Of a stretch of DNA of 64,000 nucleotides, positions 25,884 through 35,943 are shown piece after piece. Source of the DNA: an uncultured Collinsella sp. (GTDB taxonomy: Bacteria; Actinomycetota; Coriobacteriia; Coriobacteriales; Coriobacteriaceae). How positions within the stretch are numbered: the first letter of the stretch is position 1; each line of letters starts with the position of its first letter. The translations under genes were made by a program, and so were the position numbers. The DNA is taken from NCBI GenBank assembly GCA_902470095.1, contig CABRFG010000001.1, forward strand, positions 17,235-81,234. The letters run 5' to 3'. The notes below the pieces were generated by a model that did no database searches, was not told the DNA's origin, and was given only the letters and a program-made list of their open reading frames with translations.

Positions 25884-27869
25884 TGGCCGAAAAACTCCGC
25901 GTCTGCTGCTCGCCAGGGGCGGAAGGTGGCGGGATCGATCTTTACGTGAGCTGCCTCGGGGACGTCGTACCACTTGACGGTGTAGCCAGCACCATGAGAG
26001 CAAAAGACCGAGTCGGGCGTGTTGGGCAGATCGGCCTCGGGCTCATAGGCGGCCGCCTCGATTACGCGCTCGGCATCATGGCAAGCCGCATAGCCGGCGA
26101 ACTCTAGGTACAGATGCCCGCGACCACTCGTGTAGGCAGCCACCTCCAGCGCGTAATCCTGCACCTCAGATGCCGGCACGCGACCCACAAGCTTCGCCCG
26201 GTCTCCCGCCATCGTCGGCGGCTCGTACTCGGCACCCATGCGCGTGGCATCCGAGAGTGCCCGGCCCACGCACTCCCCCGGCACCTCGAGCTCAAAGCGA
26301 TACCACGGCTCCAGCAGCACCGCAGCATCCGCCTCACGCGCCTGCATGAGTCCCTGTCGAATCGCACGGTACGTGGCCTGGCGAAAATCGCCACCCTCGG
26401 TGTGTTTGGCATGCGCGCGGCCGCCCGTGGGCGTAATGCGCACATCGGTGATGGGAGAACCGGTCAGCACGCCCAGGTGATCGCGCTCCATGGCGTTGGT
26501 GAGCGCCAGACGTTGCCAGTTAAGATCGAGCTCGTCGGTCGAGGTCACGGTGCCAAACTGCACGCCCGAACCCGCTGGCAACGGCTCCAGGCGCAGATGC
26601 ACCTCGGCATAGTGGCGCAGTGGCTCAAAGTGGCCCACGCCCTCGACCGGCTGCGAAATGGTCTCCTTATAGAGAATGCCGCCAGACTCAAACGCAACCG
26701 AAAGGCCAAAGCGATCGGCCAACACCCGCTGCACGACCTCGAGTTGCACGGCGCCCATCAACTGCAAATGAATCTGCTCAAGATGAGTGTTCCAGCTTAC
26801 GCCGAGCATGGGATCTTCGTCCGCCAACTCAGTCAGTGCTTTGAACACCGCATGGACATCGTGTTCGCCCGGAAGCACCGTATAGGTGAGGACCGGCGCA
26901 ATGACAGGCGCATCGCCCGCGGGCTCCGCGCCCAGGGCGTCCCCCGGGCGAACGTGCGCAAGACCCGTCACGGCACAAATACCGCCAGCAGCAACTTCTT
27001 GGGCAAGCTCATACTTTTCGCCGTTATAGATGCGTACCTGATCGACCTTCTGCTCCCATGCCTCGGCACCGGAACGTCCACCAATCATCTGTTTTGCCGC
27101 CGGTCACTTTAACCCATGCCAAGCGCTCGCCGCGAACACCTTGGCTGACACGATAGACGCGCGCGGCAAACTCCGGGAGCCATGTCTGTTCACGCATCAG
27201 CGCACATATGCCATCCAGCAGCTCGTCCACGCCTTGATCCCTGAGCGCCGAGCCGGCAAAACAGGGAAAGAGCTTGCGCTCGGTAACCATGCGCGACAGC
27301 GTTGCGACAGAAAGCTCACCCGCCTCAAGAAACTCCTCGAGCGCTTCTTCGTCTAACGCGGCAGCGTCTTCCTGAACGCCACCACCCGTCAGCAGTTCGT
27401 TGGCATCCAGGCAGCCCTCGGAAAGACGTTGCCCAAGTTGTGCCAGCAAAACATCGCGGCCGGGATTCTCCAAATCGATTTTGTTGATATAGATGAACGT
27501 CGGGATGTCATAGCGTGCAAGCAGGCGCCACAGGGTTTCGGTGTGCCCCTGCACGCCGTCGTTGGCGCCCACAACTAAAATCGCGTAGTCCAGCGCGCGC
27601 AATGTGCGCTCCGCCTCGGCCGAAAAATCGACATGCCCCGGTGCATCCACGAGCATGACGTGGGTATCGCCATGGTCGAGTACGGCCTGCGACGAGAAAA
27701 TCGTGATGCCGCGCTCGCGCTCGATCTCGTTCGTGTCCAGATGCGAATCACCATCGTCCACGCGGCCGCGCTTGCGAATGCGACCCGCGTTGAACAGCAT
27801 GGCCTCGGCCAGCGTAGTCTTGCCGGCATCGACATGCGCCAAGATTCCAACGACCACTTGCTTCGACAT
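25877..27869 (-). pseudogene. Tet(M)/EF-G-like translation-factor GTPase (ribosomal-protection family) interrupted by a frameshift
   Basis: The N-terminal ORF 27024..27869 has G1-G4 motifs (AHVDAGKTT, DAPGH, NKID). The C-terminal ORF 25877..27088 continues the homology in another frame. The switch is at an A4 run (plus-strand TTTT at 27092..27095); removing one A gives ...VKVTGGKQMIGGRSGAEAWEQKV... Confidence 0.7.
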
Positions 27870-28045
27870 GGCTCTCCTCTAATTACAAGCCCATCGCACG
27901 CGGCAACGGGCGTTCACGCTCCACACTGGATGATACAATTTACGGGCCGGCGGGCGAAGCGGGCCCTATCCCCCGACCAAGCTCATCGCCCCGCGTTGCC
28001 GCGCGGCGATTTTCGTAGGTTCGCGCCTTGCGAAAGCCGGCTTGC

Positions 28046-28096
28046 AAAACAGCGCAGCGAACGAAAATGGCCCCGGGTGGGACCATTTTCGTTCGC
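28046..28096 (-). terminator. intrinsic terminator after the GNAT gene
   Basis: GCGAACGAAAATGG / CCATTTTCGTTCGC form perfect 14-nt arms, followed on the minus strand by TGCGCTGTTTT. Confidence 0.6.
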
Positions 28097-28123
28097 GCGA
28101 ATTATTGATATGAGGCGTCGCTC

Positions 28124-28615
28124 TTACGCCTCGCGCAGCCAATCAAACGCGACGCGCGGCGTACCGTCCGACACATATACGATACCGGCGCGCTTAAACC
28201 CGGCCTTGGCGATGGCACCCTGCATAGGCAGGTTATCTTGGTGCGTGTCGATACGCAGATGGTCGATACGTTCCTTGGCAAAGGCAAACATCGCGGCCGC
28301 AACGCCATGCGTGGTGCCGTCGGATGCCACGCGGTGCAGCACAGCATACGGGGCGTCGCCGTGCCACTGGCCGCCCTCGATCGCATCGTAGGAGCTGTCC
28401 GGCCCCGGCAGAAAGGCAAACGTCGCTACCACGCGGCCGTCGACTTCGCACACATAGCTGCCACCGGCAGCTATATCGGCAGCCAGCTGCTCGGCAGAAG
28501 GTGTGCCCTCGGGCCACTGCGTGGCGTTGCCATGCGCGCGCATAAAGGCGCGGGCGACGTCATAGATAGCCATGACGGCGGGAATGTCGGTATCGAGGGT
28601 TTTTCTGATCATCAC
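28124..28615 (-). CDS. GNAT-family N-acetyltransferase
   Basis: 163 aa. The translation IRKTLDTDIPAVMAIY ... VATFAFL ... HRVASDG ... GVAAAMFAFA ... NLPMQGAIAKAGFKRAG fits the family. Confidence 0.85.
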   Translation of the reverse strand: MMIRKTLDTDIPAVMAIYDVARAFMRAHGNATQWPEGTPSAEQLAADIAAGGSYVCEVDGRVVATFAFLPGPDSSYDAIEGGQWHGDAPYAVLHRVASDGTTHGVAAAMFAFAKERIDHLRIDTHQDNLPMQGAIAKAGFKRAGIVYVSDGTPRVAFDWLREA

Positions 28616-28668
28616 GCGGCAACCTCACGTTTATTGGTATCACTTTGATTGGGCAATGATACCAGCGT

Positions 28669-28986
28669 TTGGAGAGAGGCGCGAAGCAGATGGGAAGCAA
28701 AAAGCGAGCCGCCTGGTCAAAGGCCAAAAGCGAGTTTTTGGGCGCTGCTACCGGCGGCGATATGAGCGACCTGTTTGCGCGCGAGGACGAGCGCCGCGAC
28801 GCCCTGGACGCCGAGCGCGATGAAGCCTGGCGTTACAAGTCGTGCGAACGCAAAAACCGTTACGACACACGCGCCGAGGCCGAGGCAGTTATGGCCGACT
28901 GCGAAAACCGCGGGCGGCGTGGTTTGGCCTGCTACAAATGCGAATACTGCGGCGGCTGGCACCTGACGTCGCACCCTTGGAAATAG
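28669..28986 (+). CDS. small hypothetical protein with C-terminal CxxCxxC-GGWH zinc-ribbon-like motif
   Basis: The C-terminus reads ACYKCEYCGGWHLTSHPWK. The start is uncertain; in-frame ATGs lie at 28690 and 28762. Confidence 0.45.
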   Translation: MERGAKQMGSKKRAAWSKAKSEFLGAATGGDMSDLFAREDERRDALDAERDEAWRYKSCERKNRYDTRAEAEAVMADCENRGRRGLACYKCEYCGGWHLTSHPWK

Positions 28987-29034
28987 GGACCACATCGGCA
29001 CGGCACTAGCGAAGCCCCGGTAATCGCACGCAAG

Positions 29035-29739
29035 TTACGGGCGCGGCGGCACCAAAACATCGTAACGAACGGCCTTACCCGCAAGTTGATAGCTCGGCTT
29101 TATGCCGGCGAGCAACGGGCCCTTCACCGGCCGTTTGATAACGACTTTGCGCGGATGCACCGCAAGCGCTGCCTGGACCAGCGCCTCCTCATCGGCGCAC
29201 GGCTGCTCCAAGTGATGCAGCAGCTGGAACTTCTTTTTCACCGCCGCGCTCTTGGTGCGCTCGGGAAACATGGGGTCCAGGTACACCGCATCGGGAGCGG
29301 CAAGCTCGCCCCGCCCGATCAGTTCAGCTGTATGGCGAAGGCCGGCAATGCTGTCCTCGCCCGCATGAAGGCGCATGCGAGCCACGGCAGCCGCAAGCGC
29401 CGGATCATCTGCCGCGCGATCCAGGGCATCCTTGAGGAGCGCCGCGATCACGCAATCCTGCTCATACAGATCGACGGTAAAGCCCGCGGCCGCCAGCAGT
29501 AGCGAATCCTCGCCAAAGCCCGCCGTGGCATCAATCGCCCATGGGCTCTCGATGCCTTTTGTGCGCGCAGCCTTTATCAGCAGCTCTTGCTGCAGACGGC
29601 CCTGCTTGAGCCGCGGAAGCATGCGAGTAAAATCGGCACGCAGTTCCATCGTGCCGTCGGTGAGCGTGAGGCCCTCGGACGTCCCGGTCAGCTCAAGCCC
29701 CGCGGCCCGTGCAATAGAAAAGGGATCGACGACGTCCAT
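29035..29739 (-). CDS. rsmJ: 16S rRNA (guanine1516-N2)-methyltransferase RsmJ-like class I SAM methyltransferase
   Basis: The blocks AIDATAGFGEDSLLLAAAGFTVDLYEQDCVIAALLKDAL ... VYLDPMFPERTKSAAVKKKFQLLHHL closely parallel E. coli RsmJ as I remember it. Confidence 0.75.
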   Translation of the reverse strand: MDVVDPFSIARAAGLELTGTSEGLTLTDGTMELRADFTRMLPRLKQGRLQQELLIKAARTKGIESPWAIDATAGFGEDSLLLAAAGFTVDLYEQDCVIAALLKDALDRAADDPALAAAVARMRLHAGEDSIAGLRHTAELIGRGELAAPDAVYLDPMFPERTKSAAVKKKFQLLHHLEQPCADEEALVQAALAVHPRKVVIKRPVKGPLLAGIKPSYQLAGKAVRYDVLVPPRP

Positions 29740-29802
29740 GGGTACTCCTTAACAAGCAAAACGAATACGTGAGCGCCGTTTATGTCGGCACCCAACCGTC
29801 CG

Positions 29803-29946
29803 CTATTGTCCCACATGCGACATGGCCCACAGCATCCCAATGCAAAGCACCGCCATCAATCCCGTGCACACGGCAGCGATCACAGAATCACCCATGCGCC
29901 TTCCCAACGACCGCGGCTCATGCACTTGCCCTGCTCCGTACATCAT
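29803..29946 (-). CDS. unlisted 47-aa small membrane peptide
   Basis: AAGGAGGAG lies 2 nt before ATGATG at 29946. The translation is MMYGAGQVHEPRSLGRRMGDSVIAAVCTGLMAVLCIGMLWAMSHVGQ, with a basic N-terminus and one hydrophobic helix. It is shorter than the 60-aa shortest ORF in the track. Confidence 0.4.
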   Translation of the reverse strand: MMYGAGQVHEPRSLGRRMGDSVIAAVCTGLMAVLCIGMLWAMSHVGQ

Positions 29947-30178
29947 GGCTCCTCCTTGAGACCAGCTCTTACCATGGACCCATCATCGCAGCGCCGCGCA
30001 TACGCTGCCATCGATTTGACTTACGCCCAGCTTTCCTTTTTGAAAGGTTGGGTTTGGCTGCGCGGGCTCAATGCGCTTTCAAACGCATGCATCGCCGCGT
30101 TGAACTACAATGTGCTTCACCATATGTGCAGCACATGAGGTGCGCCAAGTTGGCGTACTCGTATCGAAAGGACCAGCC

Positions 30179-30580
30179 ATGAGCTTCACTCGCAAGACTC
30201 TCAAAATCCTTGCTCTCATCTACTTTGTTTTGGGCATCGCCAGCCTCGTCACCGCCGGCGTCGGTATCGCCACGGGCGGTCTCGATTCCACGTACGGTTC
30301 GTACGCCACGCTCGCAGCGGTCGTGCTTATCGCCAAGGGTCTCGTCGACCTTGCCGCAGGCGTCGCCGGTATCAAGGGCGCCAACAAGCCTTCGCAGGTG
30401 GACGGCGCGTTTAAGCTCGGTATTGTTGCCGCGGTCGCCACGCTTGCCCAAGCGGTGCTCACGCTTCCCGCGTTTGGCGGCGACGCCATCAACTTTGGCG
30501 CCTTTGTCATCGTGGTGTACGACCTGTTCTTTGTCCAGCAGGCACACGCCGTTAAGGCCGAGAACAAGGACCGCCTGTAA
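30179..30580 (+). CDS. small integral membrane protein (about 133 aa, 4 predicted TM)
   Basis: Trimmed to the ATG at 30179 (MSFTRKTLKILALIYFVLGIASLVTAGVGIA ...). It has hydrophobic segments throughout. No family was recognised. Confidence 0.55.
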   Translation: MSFTRKTLKILALIYFVLGIASLVTAGVGIATGGLDSTYGSYATLAAVVLIAKGLVDLAAGVAGIKGANKPSQVDGAFKLGIVAAVATLAQAVLTLPAFGGDAINFGAFVIVVYDLFFVQQAHAVKAENKDRL

Positions 30581-30670
30581 GCGCTCGCTTCTCATAACCT
30601 CTGCAGCCAAGCAACTAAAAAGGGCCGATCGCGCATCTCCGCGGTCGGCCCTTTACGTTTGCCCAGATAA

Positions 30671-30708
30671 AACCTACCAAAATAAACCTGTCCCTTTTTG
30701 GCAGGTTG
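30671..30708. repeat. second copy of the 30-nt-core hairpin repeat (see 6151..6185)
   Basis: 30677..30706 is identical to 6155..6184. It lies between a convergent gene pair and abuts the rlmA stop. Confidence 0.7.
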
Positions 30709-31524
30709 TTAGCTGTGGCGGTACTCGGCGATGATGAAGTCGATGTCAGTCTGAAGGGTATCGAGGTTTGCCAGGCGCTCTTTGTCGGCGGGGCGCGTGC
30801 GGTAGTAGTACGGCGTCATCTGGAACACCGCCTCGATGTCCGCCTGGGTCTGAAGCGTAATATTCGCAGACACCCGCTGCGTTCCGACCAACTCGAGCTC
30901 GGTGGTCTTCGGCAGCTTCTCGTCGTTAAGGTACGGCGTGTCGTAGAGTACCTCCTTGAGCCCAAACAGATGGCGGGCACCCGGCACCACGGTGTAAAGC
31001 GAACCCTCCGGTGCCAGCACGCGGGCAAACTCGCGCTCATTAAAGGGAGCAAAGAGCTCGGTCACCATATCGAAGGCGCCATCGGGCACGGGGATATCCT
31101 TCATGTTGGCCACAAAATAGGTCGCATCGCCGCGCTTGGCCGCAAGGCGCACCATCTCTTTGCCCAGGTCGAACCCGTAAGCATCCACGCCCGGCACTGC
31201 GCCCATGGCGCTGGTGTAATAGCCCTCGCCGCAGCAAATATCGAGCAAGGTCATGGGGCCGTTCGCAGACGCTGCACGCCCAGACACCCGCTCGCTCACG
31301 AGCTCGACCATTGCATCGCGCAACGGCGCATAGTATCCACGGTTCAGAAAGTCGCGACGGCTGCGCGCCTGCGACTTGGGATCACCCATGGAGTCGCCGC
31401 TCTTGGACGAGCGCAGTAGATATAGATAGCCCTCGCGAGCACGGTCAAACCGGTGTCCGCCCGCGCATGCGGCCCCGCGCTCGTCGTCCACCAACGGCTC
31501 ATGGCAAACGGGACACAACAACAT
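30709..31524 (-). CDS. rlmA: 23S rRNA (guanine745-N1)-methyltransferase RlmA-like
   Basis: It has an N-terminal zinc motif (CPVCHEPL ... GHRFDRAREGYLYLL), then DFLNRGYYAPLRDAM and the SAM motif LLDICCGEGYY. Confidence 0.8.
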   Translation of the reverse strand: MLLCPVCHEPLVDDERGAACAGGHRFDRAREGYLYLLRSSKSGDSMGDPKSQARSRRDFLNRGYYAPLRDAMVELVSERVSGRAASANGPMTLLDICCGEGYYTSAMGAVPGVDAYGFDLGKEMVRLAAKRGDATYFVANMKDIPVPDGAFDMVTELFAPFNEREFARVLAPEGSLYTVVPGARHLFGLKEVLYDTPYLNDEKLPKTTELELVGTQRVSANITLQTQADIEAVFQMTPYYYRTRPADKERLANLDTLQTDIDFIIAEYRHS

Positions 31525-31580
31525 GGCAACTCCTTAGCGCGAACAACACAACGCCCACCATTGTCGCACGCCTTCCCCAC

Positions 31581-31666
31581 CTAGTCATTGGGGACGTTCT
31601 TGAATGTCTAGTTAGAAGAGATAAGGAGTGTCCCCAGCTGTCGGCAGAAAAGGAACGTCCCTAAGT
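31581..31666. repeat. diverged copy A of the TAGTCATTGGGGACGTTCTT repeat family
   Basis: The sequence is CTAGTCATTGGGGACGTTCTTGAATGTCTAGT ... AAGGAACGTCCCTAAG, in the divergent rlmA / MATE promoter region. Confidence 0.6.
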
Positions 31667-31740
31667 GCCGACTGAATGCATTAGGAGTATCATCGTCTGC
31701 GCAAATAAGCACGAAATAGCATGTTAGAGATTGAGAGCGT

Positions 31741-33123
31741 ATGGCTGATACCGCATCTAAGCACATTGACATGATCACCGGCTCGCTGTGGCGAAATATT
31801 CCCCTGTTCGCCTTCCCCGTGGCCGCCACGAGCATCTTGGAGCAGCTGTCGAACCTCATCGCCACGGTCATCATCGGTAACTTCTCGGGCGACCAGGGAA
31901 CCCTCGCCATGGCGGCGGTCGGCTCCAATGTTCCGCTTACCAGTCTTATGCTCAACCTGTTTATTGGCATGTCGCTTGGCTCCAACGTGGTCATCGCCAA
32001 CGCTATCGGCCGCAACGATCAGAACATGGTCAAACGCGCCGTCCATACCTCGATTTTAATGGCGCTCGTGGGCTTTGTCGTCATCGCGCTGGGCGAGATC
32101 TTTGCCGAGTCCATGCTCGCCGCGCTCAACGTTCCCGCCGAAACCATGCCGCTCGCCTCGCTCTACCTGCGCGTCTTTTTGCTCAGCCTGCCCTCGATCT
32201 TGCTCTACAACTTTGAGGCCGCGATCTTCCGCTCCGTCGGCATCACCCGCATGCCGCTGCAGGCGCTTGCCGTGTCCACCGTCCTCAACATTGGCCTGGA
32301 CCTCATCTTTGTCCCCGTACTCCACTGGGGCGTCGCAGGCGTCGCCATCGCCACCGCCATCGCCTACACCGTCAGCGCCGCCACGCTCTTTATCCGCCTG
32401 CTCAAGACCGACTCCGTCGTCCGCGTCACCCCACGCGACCTGGCTATCGACCCCGTCGCCCTCAAGCGCATCGTCAAGATTGGCCTGCCCGCCGGCATCC
32501 AAAGCGCCGTCTTTGCCGTCGCCAACATCATCATCCAGTCTGCCATCAACAGTCTGGGCACCGAGGTCATGGCCGCATCGAGCGCCGCCATGAGCCTGGA
32601 GTACGTGTGCTACAACCTGCTCAACAGCTTTAGCCAGGCGTGCACCACCTTTGTGGGACAAAACCACGGTGCCCGCCAGATTGACCGCTGCACCAAGACG
32701 CTCAAGGTCTGCCTGGTCGAAGGCGGCATCGTTGCGCTCACCACGATTGTCGTCATTGTCGGCCTGGGGCGCGAGATCCTGTCGCTGTTCAACAGCGATC
32801 CCAACATCGTCTCGATCGGCTATATCCGCGTGTGCTCGATCTTCCCGGCATACGCCTTTAGCATGTTCTACGAAAACATGTCCGGTTATCTGCGCGGCTT
32901 TGGCATCTCGCTCACGCCCGCCCTCATCACCATGATCTGCGTCTGCGGCATCCGCTTCTATTGGGTGTTCTGCGTGTTCCCGCACTTCCGCACTTTTGCG
33001 AACATCATGATGGTCTCCCCCATCAGCCTGGGCACTACGGCGTTCTTTATGGTCGTGGCGGTACTACTTTGCCACCCGGCACGCACCTATCGCGCCACCC
33101 AAGCCAAAGCGACAGCCCGCTAA
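31741..33123 (+). CDS. MATE-family efflux transporter
   Basis: 460 aa with 12 hydrophobic segments. The N-terminus ITGSLWRNIPLFAFPVAATSILEQL is typical of MATE/NorM-type proteins. Confidence 0.85.
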   Translation: MADTASKHIDMITGSLWRNIPLFAFPVAATSILEQLSNLIATVIIGNFSGDQGTLAMAAVGSNVPLTSLMLNLFIGMSLGSNVVIANAIGRNDQNMVKRAVHTSILMALVGFVVIALGEIFAESMLAALNVPAETMPLASLYLRVFLLSLPSILLYNFEAAIFRSVGITRMPLQALAVSTVLNIGLDLIFVPVLHWGVAGVAIATAIAYTVSAATLFIRLLKTDSVVRVTPRDLAIDPVALKRIVKIGLPAGIQSAVFAVANIIIQSAINSLGTEVMAASSAAMSLEYVCYNLLNSFSQACTTFVGQNHGARQIDRCTKTLKVCLVEGGIVALTTIVVIVGLGREILSLFNSDPNIVSIGYIRVCSIFPAYAFSMFYENMSGYLRGFGISLTPALITMICVCGIRFYWVFCVFPHFRTFANIMMVSPISLGTTAFFMVVAVLLCHPARTYRATQAKATAR

Positions 33124-33150
33124 ACACCGCGCTCAACGCCACGCCAGTCA

Positions 33151-34017
33151 TTAATTGACAATATGCGAGCTCATATAGTCGATAAAGCGCCTCGTGGCGA
33201 TGGGCATGGTGTCCCAGCTGCGCCAGGCGGCCACCACGTCGCGCGAGGGGGCATGCACGATGGGACGCACGCGAATATCGGTCTGCATGCCCTCGACGGT
33301 ACGGCGATACAGCATGCTCACGCCTAGGCCCTCCTCGACCATCGCCATGATGGTGTAGTCGTCGGTCACCTCGCTCGTCACGTGCGGCGACAGCCCATGC
33401 GCCGCAAATGCATCGAGTACTAGGCTCTGTTCGCCCTCATCCAGCAGCACAAACGGCTCGGACGCCAGGTCGGCGAGTGTCACCTTTTCCTTTGCCGTCA
33501 GCGGATGCGTGGCCGGCAACAATGCCACCAACTCGTCGTGATAGACCACGCGCTTCTCGAGCCCCGCGGTAAACCCGCGTGCCGTAAAGCAATAATCGAC
33601 CACGCCATCGTGCACCCACTGGGCGTTGCGCGTGTAATCGCCCTGCTTGAGGGTAAAGTGCACGCCCGGGTGCAGGGCTCCAAAGTCGCGGATTACGCGC
33701 GGCAACACGGTACGGCTCACGTTGGTAAACGTCGCAATGCGAATATCAGTCGAGGAGAGCCCCAGCAGCTCCTGGCGCTTGCCCTCGAGCTCGGCCTCGG
33801 CAGTTACGATCTGTCGCAGATACGGCAGATACTGCTTGCCATCGCGCGTAAGCGACACACCCTGTTTTCTGCGCTCGATAAGCGTGGTACCCAGCTCGCG
33901 TTCAAGCGCCTTGACGGCCTGGCTCACCGCACTTTGCGTATAGCCCAGCTCGTCCGCCGCGCGTTTCAGGCTGCCGCGATCGACCACCATACAAACAATC
34001 TGATACCGCGATGCCAT
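33151..34017 (-). CDS. LysR-family transcriptional regulator
   Basis: The N-terminal HTH reads YQIVCMVVDRGSLKRAADELGYTQSAVSQAVKALEREL. It is divergent from the DMT transporter gene. Confidence 0.85.
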   Translation of the reverse strand: MASRYQIVCMVVDRGSLKRAADELGYTQSAVSQAVKALERELGTTLIERRKQGVSLTRDGKQYLPYLRQIVTAEAELEGKRQELLGLSSTDIRIATFTNVSRTVLPRVIRDFGALHPGVHFTLKQGDYTRNAQWVHDGVVDYCFTARGFTAGLEKRVVYHDELVALLPATHPLTAKEKVTLADLASEPFVLLDEGEQSLVLDAFAAHGLSPHVTSEVTDDYTIMAMVEEGLGVSMLYRRTVEGMQTDIRVRPIVHAPSRDVVAAWRSWDTMPIATRRFIDYMSSHIVN

Positions 34018-34175
34018 CGTGCCTCCATATCAATGCAGCCGTAAAACGTTTTGCCAGGGCTTTTCCCGCCAACATTAGCATTTCTTAATCATACTGAAGA
34101 TACATTCGCTTTACTACATCCAAATCTGGGAGCAGAATCCCTTTTACGAAATCGTTCTGTAACAAAAGGAGTCCC

Positions 34176-35078
34176 ATGGATCGCAAAAAAGCAATCGCGC
34201 TCTCATTTTCCGTTCCCGTCGCATGGGGCTTTTCGTACCCCCTTATGAAGATCGGCATGGACAGCATGAACGCCACGAGCATCGTCGCGCTGCGCTGCAT
34301 CATCGCCTTTGCGGCCTGCCTACTGCTCTTCCACAGGCGCGCGTTCCGTATCAACCGCGATCTTATGGTCCGCGCCGCCATCATCGGCGCCATTATGGCA
34401 ACCGAGCTCACCTGCATGTGCCTGGGCTCCAGCCTCACCTCTGCCTCCACCGCCGGTTTTTTGCAGAGCCTGACGGTCGTGATCGTGCCGTTTGCCAACG
34501 CCGCCCTGCTGCGTCGCGCCCCCGAACGCAAAGTGCTCGTCGGCACCGCCATCGTCACCTGCGGCATGCTGCTGCTCTCGGGCGCCGACTTTACCAGCCT
34601 GAATCCCGGCGCGATCATCATGCTGCTCTCGGCCTTTATCTATGCCGGCCATATCATTGTGGCGAAGCGCTTTGTCGAAGATGTCGACCCGCTGGCCCTG
34701 GGCGTTTGGCAGCTGGGCTTCGGCGGCTTGTTCTCGGGCATCGCTGCATTCACCTTTGGCGGCCTCACGCTTCCCGGCACGCCGGGCGAGGTCGCGGTCG
34801 TCGTCGCGCTCGCACTCATCTGCTCTGCCTACGGCTTTATCACCCAGACGCTCGTGCAGCCCCACGTGCCCGCCGAGACCACCGGCTTCGCCTTCTCGCT
34901 CGAGCCGGTCTGCTCCGCCGTCTTCTCGTTCTTCCTGGTTGGCGAGGTCCTGAGCCCCATCGCCTTCTTTGGCGCCGCTCTCATCCTCACCGGCGTCATG
35001 GCGGCAACCGTCGAGCTTCCGCGCCTTCGCGCACATGAACAGGCTCGCATGGCAGGAGCGCCCGAGCACGTTTCGTAG
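34176..35078 (+). CDS. DMT-superfamily (EamA) transporter
   Basis: AAAGGAG lies before the ATG. The protein has 10 hydrophobic segments in two EamA-like halves. Confidence 0.8.
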   Translation: MDRKKAIALSFSVPVAWGFSYPLMKIGMDSMNATSIVALRCIIAFAACLLLFHRRAFRINRDLMVRAAIIGAIMATELTCMCLGSSLTSASTAGFLQSLTVVIVPFANAALLRRAPERKVLVGTAIVTCGMLLLSGADFTSLNPGAIIMLLSAFIYAGHIIVAKRFVEDVDPLALGVWQLGFGGLFSGIAAFTFGGLTLPGTPGEVAVVVALALICSAYGFITQTLVQPHVPAETTGFAFSLEPVCSAVFSFFLVGEVLSPIAFFGAALILTGVMAATVELPRLRAHEQARMAGAPEHVS

Positions 35079-35166
35079 ACCCCACTCTTCATACAGCCGC
35101 GGCATAAAGGCAACCGGTGCGCCTTTACAATAGATGCCAATAGAGCATCTGGCATAAAGGAGCCCC

Positions 35167-35892
35167 ATGGACAGCGCAACTCGCGACCGCAACATAGCAA
35201 CTTGGTTGGGCGATGCGCCGCAGCCGGTACGTGACACTACGAACCAGCTGCTCGAGCGCATCGCCCTTTTGCGTGCCGAGCAGACCATCTATCCGGCACA
35301 AGACGACATTCTCAATGCCCTCGCCTACACGCCGGCCGACCAGGTCAAGGTTGTCATCTTGGGTCAGGACCCCTATCACGGACCCAACCAGGCCATGGGG
35401 CTGTCGTTCTCGGTCCCCGCGACGCAAACCAAGTTGCCGCCGAGCCTGCGCAACATTTACAAGGAACTCAAAGCCGATCTGGGCTGCCCCATTCCCGCCA
35501 CGGGAGACCTAACCCCATGGGCACGGCAGGGCGTCCTGCTCCTCAACACTACGCTCACCGTGCGCGAGCATGCCGCCAACTCGCACGCCAAACTGGGCTG
35601 GAGCACGCTCACCGACTATGTTATCGAACGCTGCTGTCAGCTGCCCCAACCGGTCGTCTTTTTGGCATGGGGTCGCTTTGCCCAGCAGATGGTCGAAGGC
35701 AAGCTCGCCGCAACTGGTGCGGGCAAGGCAACCGGCAAGTTCTGCCTGGCCTCTACGCACCCCTCGCCGCTTTCGGCCAACCGTGCCACGGCAGAACTCC
35801 CCGCCTTTATGGGGTCGCGCCCCTTCTCGACAGCCAATCGGCTACTCGAACAGCACGACTCGACCCCCGTCAACTGGACTTGCCTCGGCTAA
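35167..35892 (+). CDS. ung: uracil-DNA glycosylase (family 1)
   Basis: It has GQDPYHGPNQAMGLSFSV, LLLNTTLTV and HPSPLSA motifs. Confidence 0.9.
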   Translation: MDSATRDRNIATWLGDAPQPVRDTTNQLLERIALLRAEQTIYPAQDDILNALAYTPADQVKVVILGQDPYHGPNQAMGLSFSVPATQTKLPPSLRNIYKELKADLGCPIPATGDLTPWARQGVLLLNTTLTVREHAANSHAKLGWSTLTDYVIERCCQLPQPVVFLAWGRFAQQMVEGKLAATGAGKATGKFCLASTHPSPLSANRATAELPAFMGSRPFSTANRLLEQHDSTPVNWTCLG

Positions 35893-35943
35893 AAATCGAT
35901 ACATCAAAAACGCGCCCGACGGCTTTCCATCGGGCGCGTTTTA

